Shown: piece after piece, positions 58,109 through 64,000 of the stretch
How the letters are laid out: the number at the start of each line of letters is the position of its first letter
How positions within the stretch are numbered: the stretch's first letter is position 1
Assembly (NCBI GenBank): GCA_016182045.1
Contig: JACOYE010000011.1
Span: forward strand, 39-64,038
Direction: 5' to 3'
DNA: 64,000 bases
DNA from: Candidatus Microgenomates bacterium
GTDB taxonomy: Bacteria; Patescibacteriota; Microgenomatia; Daviesbacterales; UBA10151
Translations under genes and position numbers: made by a program
The notes under the pieces: generated by a model
What the model was told of the DNA's origin: nothing
Database searches by the model: none
Seen by the model: only the letters and a program-made list of their open reading frames with translations

Positions 58109-58378
58109 ATGCCGTTAGATGCAAAAATTAAGCAAAAGATAATCAAGGAATTTGCCACCAAAGATGGTGATACGGGTTCCCCTGAAGTTCAAGTAGCCCT
58201 TTTAACCGAACAGATTAAAAATTTGACAGCTCATCTTAAGGAGCATCCGCATGATATTCACTCAAGGAGAGGACTTCTGTCCATGGTTAACAAAAGAAGA
58301 AGATTACTGCAATATCTGGTTAAAAAGGATGAAGAAAGGTATAAGACTGTTATTGAAAAGCTAGGTTTATCCAAATAA
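58109..58378 (+). CDS. rpsO: 30S ribosomal protein S15
   Basis: [57 protein letters not shown]... Confidence 0.95.
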   Translation: MPLDAKIKQKIIKEFATKDGDTGSPEVQVALLTEQIKNLTAHLKEHPHDIHSRRGLLSMVNKRRRLLQYLVKKDEERYKTVIEKLGLSK

Positions 58379-58399
58379 CAGTTATCATCAAAAGCGAGT

Positions 58400-60781
58400 A
58401 TGAACAAAGTTATTACAAAAGAGATAGATCTAAATGGTCGCAAGTTGAAACTTGAAACTGGCAAATTGGCTTTGCAAGCTGATGCTTCAGTAGTGGTATC
58501 TTGGGGCGAAACAGTAATTTTGGCAACTGTGGCTACCCAGCCTCAAAAAGAAGATATTGGTTATTTTCCATTATCTGTTGAATATGTGGAAAAACACTAT
58601 GCCGGCGGAAGAATTTCCTCTTCCAGATTTATTAAAAGAGAAAGTAAACCCACTGATGAGGCTATCTTGACTGGTAGATTGATTGATCGCTCTATCCGTC
58701 CACTTTTCCCCAAAGATTTTAAAAATCAGGAAGTACAGGTGATTTTAACTGTTTTATCAGTTGATCAAAACAATGATCCTGATATTGTCGGTTTGATTGG
58801 AGCCTCTGCTGCACTTTCCATCTCCTCAGTGCCTTGGAGCGGACCAATTGCTGCTATCAGAGTGGGTGAGCGGGATGGCAATTTGGTGGTAGATCCCACC
58901 ATAGATCAGATGGAACATCTTAACATGGATCTTATAGTCGCTTCAACCAAAGACAAGGTGGTAATGATAGAAAGTGAAGCTAAACAAACTTCAGATGAGG
59001 TGATTTTTTCAGGCATCAAGGAAGCCCATGCTCAAGTCCAGCCGATCATTGAGCTGATAGAGCAGTTTAGTAACCAAGCAGGCAGAGAGAAGCAAACCTA
59101 TTCTCATTTGGTGGAAGAGGTGGAAGAGGCACTGCTTTTGGAGGTGAAAAAGATCACTAAGGAAAGAATTGAGGCTGCACTTTTTGACAATGAACATCCT
59201 TGGCATGAGGCAACTGGTGATTTGATCAAAAAAGAATTGGCTCTTCAATATGCAGAAACTTTAACTCCTCAGATAATTTCCGGAATTTTTGATAAGGTAG
59301 CCAAAGAAATCTTGCACGAGGCAGTTCTTAAAAAAGGTAAAAGAGTTGATGGCAGGGCCATGGATGAGATTAGGCATTTGGAGATGGAAGTAGGAATTTT
59401 ACCAAGAACTCATGGATCTGCTCTTTTTCAGCGGGGTGACACACAAATTTTGTCTGTGGTAACCTTAGGCGCTCCATCCTTGCAACAAACTTTGGAGGGG
59501 ATGGAAGGTGAGAGGCAAAAAAGATTTATGCATCATTACAATATGAGTATCAATCCTTTTTCTGTGGGTGAGGTTAAAAGGTTGGGTCCTCCAAATCGAC
59601 GTGATATCGGTCATGGATCTTTGGTGGAAAAAGGTTTAAATGCGGTGATTCCTTCCGAGGATAAGTTTCCCTATGCCATCAGAGTGGTATCAGAAGTCTT
59701 GGCAGCCAATGCTTCCACCTCAATGGCCGCTCTTTGTGGATCAACCTTGGCATTACTTGATGCCGGTGTACCTTTGTCAGAATCTGTGGCAGGAATTGCC
59801 TTGGGACTTTTGACTGATGGTGATAAATGGCAGGTCATTACCGATATGAGGGCTGTAGAGGACTTTTACGGTGATATGGATTTTAAGGTGGCAGGTACTA
59901 AAAATGGAGTGACAACAATTCAGATGGATACTAAACTTGACGGATTAACTTTTGAGATTATTGAGAAAGCACTGGAAATGGGTAAAAAGGCCAGGCTAGA
60001 AATCTTAGAACAGATGAATAAAGTAATAGCGGCTGCTGGTCCTTTATCTCCTCATGCTCCCAGAGTGGAGATATTACATATAAAACCAGAAGAGATTGGT
60101 TTGCTAATTGGGCCTGGAGGTAAAAATATTAATGGCATAATTTCCAAAACTGGAGCACAGATTGATATTGAGGATGATGGGACTGTGATGGTTTCTGGGA
60201 CCAACTCGGAAGGGGTGGATAAGGCAATTGCCTCAATTGAAGGCATGTTTAAACAAGTCAATGTAGGGGATGAGTTTTTAGGCAAGGTGGTCAGAATTGC
60301 TCCTTTTGGAGCTTTTGTGGAGATTGCTCCTGGAAAAGACGGATTGGTTCATATTTCCCAGATGGCTCCAGGACATGTGGAAAGACCAGAGGATGTGGTG
60401 ACTGAGGGGCAAGAAGTGAAGGTGAGGGTAACTGATGTTTCTCCAGAAGGAAAAATTGGCTTATCCATGCTTTTTGGAGCAGACGTAAAAAAGGAATCTG
60501 AAAGCAGGCCTAGAAGTAGTAGTTTTAGACCAAGACCTTCATTTGGAAACTCGCCTCGCTTCGCGGGCGGAGCGGGTAGATCAAGATCATCAGGTGGTGG
60601 GTATAGATCGGGAGGGGGCAGACGGGATTTTGGTGTAAGTGAGAGAAGAGGGCCTTTTGATAGAACCAGGGCCAGATTTGAAAGAAAACCATTTGGAGCA
60701 AGAGGTGGGGGAAGACCTGCCCGCCGAAGCGGTTTTGGCGAAGGCGGGGATAGAGGTGGACGTGGTGGCTTCAATAGATGA
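58400..60781 (+). CDS. pnp: Polynucleotide phosphorylase with Arg/Gly-rich C-terminal tail
   Basis: Two RNase PH domains, KH (LIGPGGKNINGI), S1, then an RGG-rich ~100 aa tail. Confidence 0.95.
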   Translation: MNKVITKEIDLNGRKLKLETGKLALQADASVVVSWGETVILATVATQPQKEDIGYFPLSVEYVEKHYAGGRISSSRFIKRESKPTDEAILTGRLIDRSIRPLFPKDFKNQEVQVILTVLSVDQNNDPDIVGLIGASAALSISSVPWSGPIAAIRVGERDGNLVVDPTIDQMEHLNMDLIVASTKDKVVMIESEAKQTSDEVIFSGIKEAHAQVQPIIELIEQFSNQAGREKQTYSHLVEEVEEALLLEVKKITKERIEAALFDNEHPWHEATGDLIKKELALQYAETLTPQIISGIFDKVAKEILHEAVLKKGKRVDGRAMDEIRHLEMEVGILPRTHGSALFQRGDTQILSVVTLGAPSLQQTLEGMEGERQKRFMHHYNMSINPFSVGEVKRLGPPNRRDIGHGSLVEKGLNAVIPSEDKFPYAIRVVSEVLAANASTSMAALCGSTLALLDAGVPLSESVAGIALGLLTDGDKWQVITDMRAVEDFYGDMDFKVAGTKNGVTTIQMDTKLDGLTFEIIEKALEMGKKARLEILEQMNKVIAAAGPLSPHAPRVEILHIKPEEIGLLIGPGGKNINGIISKTGAQIDIEDDGTVMVSGTNSEGVDKAIASIEGMFKQVNVGDEFLGKVVRIAPFGAFVEIAPGKDGLVHISQMAPGHVERPEDVVTEGQEVKVRVTDVSPEGKIGLSMLFGADVKKESESRPRSSSFRPRPSFGNSPRFAGGAGRSRSSGGGYRSGGGRRDFGVSERRGPFDRTRARFERKPFGARGGGRPARRSGFGEGGDRGGRGGFNR
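60549..60576. repeat. GC-rich element, family 1, within the pnp tail
   Basis: actcgcctcgcttcgcgggcggagcggg. Confidence 0.5.
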
Positions 60782-60805
60782 AAAGATTAGAGTAGAATAT
60801 TAATC

Positions 60806-61831
60806 ATGGATTCTGCCCGAGCGACAATTGATCAGCTGAAGATAAAGTTAAGCCAAGCTAGCCTACCTTCTGATATATCTGAAAAACTTTTAAATCTTCT
60901 ACAGTTTCCAGGCACGGGAGCGGAACTTGAAAAGTTGATTGCTTACATTGATTTTGTAGTTTCCCTGCCTTTTAACAAATTAAGCCAAGATATTTTGGAC
61001 CTTCCCAGAGCCAAAGAAATTTTGGATAAAAATCATTATGGTTTGCAATCTGTTAAAGATAGAATCCTGGAATATTTGGCAGTTTTAATCTTAAACAAAA
61101 GAAAAAGCTACGCTCAAGCCTTTGGACATGCTCCGATTTTGGCCTTTATTGGTTTGGCGGGTAGCGGTAAGACATCTTTGGCTTATTCTATTGCAGAATC
61201 TTTGGGAAGACCACTTCAGAGAATTCCTTTTGGAGGTTTGGGTGATCCTTTAATGCTTCGTGGTCAATCCCGTGTTCATCTGGATTCTGAACCAGGTCAA
61301 ATTATCAAAGCTATAAAATCTGCAGGAGTTAATAATCCGGTCATACTTTTGGATGAGATTGACCGGGTGGAACAAGATAGAAGGGTGGATATTATGGGCG
61401 TTTTGGTGGAACTTTTGGATCCTGCCCAAAACCAAGCTTTTTTGGATCATTATCTGGATTTCCCTTATGATTTATCACAAGTTTTATTTATTGCCACAGC
61501 CAATAATACCTCAAATATAGCCACAGCTGTTTTGGATAGATTAGAGCCAATTCAGATGCCGTCTTATTCAGACGAGGAAAAAATCACTATTGGTAAAAAT
61601 TATCTTTTGCCAAAAATTATTGAGGAAAATGGTTTGGGATCTGATATGCTGATGATAGATGAGATGGCCTGGCCGCAAATCATCAGACCACTGGGATATG
61701 ATGGGGGGATAAGATCTTTACAAAGAAGTTTGCAAAGTATCTGCAGAAAAGTGGCACGGGGGGTGGTGGAAGGGGAGATAGGGCCTTTTAAGGTGGGAGT
61801 GGAGAATGTGGGAGAATACTTAGGAGGATGA
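60806..61831 (+). CDS. Lon-type AAA+ ATPase module lacking both the N-terminal substrate domain and the C-terminal protease domain
   Basis: NHYGLQSVKDRILEYLAVL, Walker A GLAGSGKTS, Walker B ILLDEIDR, sensor FIATANN...LDRLEP. It ends at the ...GEYLGG boundary where the Lon protease domain would begin. Confidence 0.6.
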   Translation: MDSARATIDQLKIKLSQASLPSDISEKLLNLLQFPGTGAELEKLIAYIDFVVSLPFNKLSQDILDLPRAKEILDKNHYGLQSVKDRILEYLAVLILNKRKSYAQAFGHAPILAFIGLAGSGKTSLAYSIAESLGRPLQRIPFGGLGDPLMLRGQSRVHLDSEPGQIIKAIKSAGVNNPVILLDEIDRVEQDRRVDIMGVLVELLDPAQNQAFLDHYLDFPYDLSQVLFIATANNTSNIATAVLDRLEPIQMPSYSDEEKITIGKNYLLPKIIEENGLGSDMLMIDEMAWPQIIRPLGYDGGIRSLQRSLQSICRKVARGVVEGEIGPFKVGVENVGEYLGG

Positions 61832-61845
61832 AATTTTCAATTTTT

Positions 61846-61874
61846 AATTTACAATTTTTAATCAAATATCAATG
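61846..61874. repeat. AT-rich intergenic repeat, copy 2
   Basis: aatttacaatttttaatcaaatatcaatg. 27/29 identical to 20983-21011. Confidence 0.5.
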
Positions 61875-61893
61875 TTTTAATGTTTGAAAATTT

Positions 61894-63585
61894 ATGAAAA
61901 TGTTTAAACCAAAACAATTTATACCAGATCAAGGCCCAGGCCTGAAATTAATTCCATTGGGGGGAGTAGGGGATGTGACCAAAAATATGTATGTTTATGA
62001 GATGGGTAATGACATCATCATTATTGATTGTGGAGTGGGTTTTCCCGATGAGGCCATGCCGGGAGTAGACCTGGTTATTCCCGACATCTCTTATTTGAGA
62101 GGAAAACAAGATAAAATCAGAGCAATTTTAATTACCCACGGACATGAAGATCATATCGGCGGACTGCCCTATATTTGGCCCCAGCTTCAGGTTCCCATTT
62201 ATACCCAAAGATTAACAGCCGGATTTATCAGAGCCAAATTCTCAGAACATAATTTGCCAAAAAATAAAATTATAGAGGTAAAGCCAGATCAAAAATTAGA
62301 TTTGGGTATATTTAAAGTTTCTTTTTATCTGGTGTCACACTCTGTGCCAGATTCTACCGGAATAGTTTTAAAAACACCCCTTGGTACAATTATCCATCAG
62401 GCTGATTTTAAGATTGATTGGACACCGGTATCAGGACAGGTGACTGATGTGGGAACAATTGCCAACTTGGGGAAGGAAGGGGTTTTGCTTTTACTGATAG
62501 ATTGTCTAAGAGTAGAAAAGCCCGGTTTTAACAGATCGGAAAAATCAATAGAAGCTTCTTTTGAGAAAGCGGCCTTGGAAACGAAGGGCAAGCTTTTAAT
62601 AACCATGACCTCATCGAATGTGTCCAGGATGCAACAAGCCGTCAGCGTGGCCCAACGTTTAGGCAGGAAGGTGGCTGTGGTTGGCCGTTCCTTTGAAAAT
62701 AATGTTCAGGTCTCCCGGGATTTAGGGTACTTGCATGTTCCTTCCTCAGTTATGATTACCCCGGATGCCATATCCTCCTTTGATCCCAACAAAATTTTGG
62801 TACTGATCGCCGGTGCTCAAGGTCAGCCTGATTCATCCTTAGTACGAGCTGCCAATGATGAGCACAAACAGGTTAAACTAAGGGAAGGTGATAGTGTATT
62901 ATTTTCAGCCGATCCCATACCTTCCACAGAATCAGCTCAAAATGCCCTGATTGATGATTTAACCTCCAGAGGGGTTGATGTTTATTATTCAGCCATAGCC
63001 TCTGATTTGCATGTATCCGGTCATGCAGCCTTGGAGGAATTGAGATTGGTGGTCAATTTAATAAAACCCAACTTTTTGATACCGATCGGTGGAACCTTTA
63101 GACATATGAAGGCTTTCTCAAATATGGTTTATGAAATGGGTTATCAAAAAAAACAGGTTTTGGAAATAGAGGAAGGGGAGGTGGTAGAGGTGAGAAAAGA
63201 TAGTATAAAACCTTCAGGTAGAGTAGATGTGCAAAATGTCTATGTTGATGGACTGGGGGTGGGTGATGTAGGTCATATAGTTTTAAGAGACAGAAGAGTG
63301 ATGAGTGAGGAGGGAGTGGTGGTAGTGGTGGTGCCCATTGATCAACGTACGGGAAAATTGATAGGTGAGCCGGATATCATCTCAAGAGGATTTGTATTTG
63401 AAGAATTTGCCTCGGACCTTTTGGAGGAGGCCAAAATAGAGCTTAAAAATACTTTGATTGAACATACCAAAAGAATGCCAGATTGGCGGTTTATCCGTAA
63501 GATGATTGAAGATGATTTGGGAAATTTCTTTTATTCTACGACACAAAGAAGACCACTGATTTTACCGGTGGTAGTGGAGGTATAG
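61894..63585 (+). CDS. rnj: Ribonuclease J (metallo-beta-lactamase/beta-CASP)
   Basis: HGHEDHIGG motif, beta-CASP region and overall 563-aa architecture. Confidence 0.9.
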   Translation: MKMFKPKQFIPDQGPGLKLIPLGGVGDVTKNMYVYEMGNDIIIIDCGVGFPDEAMPGVDLVIPDISYLRGKQDKIRAILITHGHEDHIGGLPYIWPQLQVPIYTQRLTAGFIRAKFSEHNLPKNKIIEVKPDQKLDLGIFKVSFYLVSHSVPDSTGIVLKTPLGTIIHQADFKIDWTPVSGQVTDVGTIANLGKEGVLLLLIDCLRVEKPGFNRSEKSIEASFEKAALETKGKLLITMTSSNVSRMQQAVSVAQRLGRKVAVVGRSFENNVQVSRDLGYLHVPSSVMITPDAISSFDPNKILVLIAGAQGQPDSSLVRAANDEHKQVKLREGDSVLFSADPIPSTESAQNALIDDLTSRGVDVYYSAIASDLHVSGHAALEELRLVVNLIKPNFLIPIGGTFRHMKAFSNMVYEMGYQKKQVLEIEEGEVVEVRKDSIKPSGRVDVQNVYVDGLGVGDVGHIVLRDRRVMSEEGVVVVVVPIDQRTGKLIGEPDIISRGFVFEEFASDLLEEAKIELKNTLIEHTKRMPDWRFIRKMIEDDLGNFFYSTTQRRPLILPVVVEV

Positions 63586-63619
63586 GGTACCCCATAGTGT
63601 ATGGTATAATTAATAATAT

Positions 63620-64000
63620 ATGGCAAGAAGACGTTCTATTTATAGACTACCCAGATTAAAATTAAGACATCGGACCATTACTGCCATAGGTTCTTTGGTG
63701 GCTTTGATCTTGGCTGTTTTATCTGCCGTATCTTTGGTAACTCAATCAGCTGCTTTGGCATTTTGGAGCGACTTTTTGAAAGATTTACTTGGCTGGACTT
63801 ATATTTTTTCTCCGCTGGTCTTTTTATTATCCGGTTTAGTGTTATCAAGAGTTCGCTGGCGTTTTGCCCAAGTTAATGTTTTACTGGGGTTAATTTTACT
63901 TATATTGTCTTTGGTAGGATTAACAGCCGCCTTTTGGCCAGAAAGGGGAGGTTCCATAGGATTGACACTTTGGATACAGTTATCTTCTTTTGTGACTCCT
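63620..64000 (+). CDS. Partial ORF (runs off the window): basic N-terminus then multiple TM helices. Possibly the FtsK/SpoIIIE N-terminal domain.
   Basis: MARRRSIYRLPRLK...TM segments. Truncated by the window end. Confidence 0.3.
   Translation, partial: MARRRSIYRLPRLKLRHRTITAIGSLVALILAVLSAVSLVTQSAALAFWSDFLKDLLGWTYIFSPLVFLLSGLVLSRVRWRFAQVNVLLGLILLILSLVGLTAAFWPERGGSIGLTLWIQLSSFVTP

Noticed and set aside
19630-60576. Possibility that the GC-rich palindromic units form a CRISPR array
   Set aside because: The units are dispersed over 40 kb with irregular spacing, differ in sequence between families, sit inside ORFs, and no cas genes are present. The one regular feature (two helicase copies 337 bp apart) is a pair, not an array.

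Overview
This window is an AT-rich bacterial chromosome segment with compact, co-directional housekeeping genes. The flanks look roughly 35-40% GC by eye (not computed). Gene content suggests a small-genome, possibly CPR/Patescibacteria-like organism: short IF2 and HrcA, PilN/PilO-like genes, dockerin and LCP proteins, and no rbfA/truB between infB and rpsO. This taxonomic call is inference only.

Core genes:
- groES-groEL
- a cell-envelope glycosylation cluster (UbiA-family prenyltransferase, WecA/MraY-like GT4, membrane GT2)
- tatD, metG, sbcDC, an M24 peptidase, a uvrD/pcrA-like helicase
- trxA, tpiA, an LCP protein, rpsT, murJ, lepA, nadK
- hrcA-grpE-dnaK-(NYN gene)-dnaJ
- gcvPA/gcvPB, nusA-infB, rpsO-pnp, a Lon-type AAA+ module, rnj

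Three non-housekeeping themes stand out:
1. Between the helicase and trxA sit two cassettes, each bounded by perfect direct repeats (31 bp and 20 bp). One is a GC-rich foreign segment carrying a JAB/MPN (HxHx7SxxD) ORF that appears 5-prime truncated. The other carries an AbiEii-like pol-beta nucleotidyltransferase with a small upstream ORF.
2. At least 14 short GC-rich palindromic elements, in related families, are scattered through the window; 11 of them lie inside conserved ORFs (M24 peptidase, FemAB-like, helicase x2, dockerin protein, LepA, NadK, GrpE, DnaJ, DHH-like protein, PNPase) and preserve the reading frame, the other 3 are intergenic. Two of them are ~75-78 bp MITE-like copies with 12-bp terminal inverted repeats inside the helicase. 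A separate 16-bp perfect palindrome is shared by groEL and tpiA. The pattern is reminiscent of Rickettsia palindromic elements.
3. Toxin-antitoxin modules (VapBC, DUF433/DUF5615, and a vapC remnant next to groEL) are inserted into the nusA-infB...rpsO-pnp region. They are marked by diverged duplicate fragments of the infB 3-prime end and the rpsO 5-prime end.

No rRNA, tRNA or CRISPR array was recognised.
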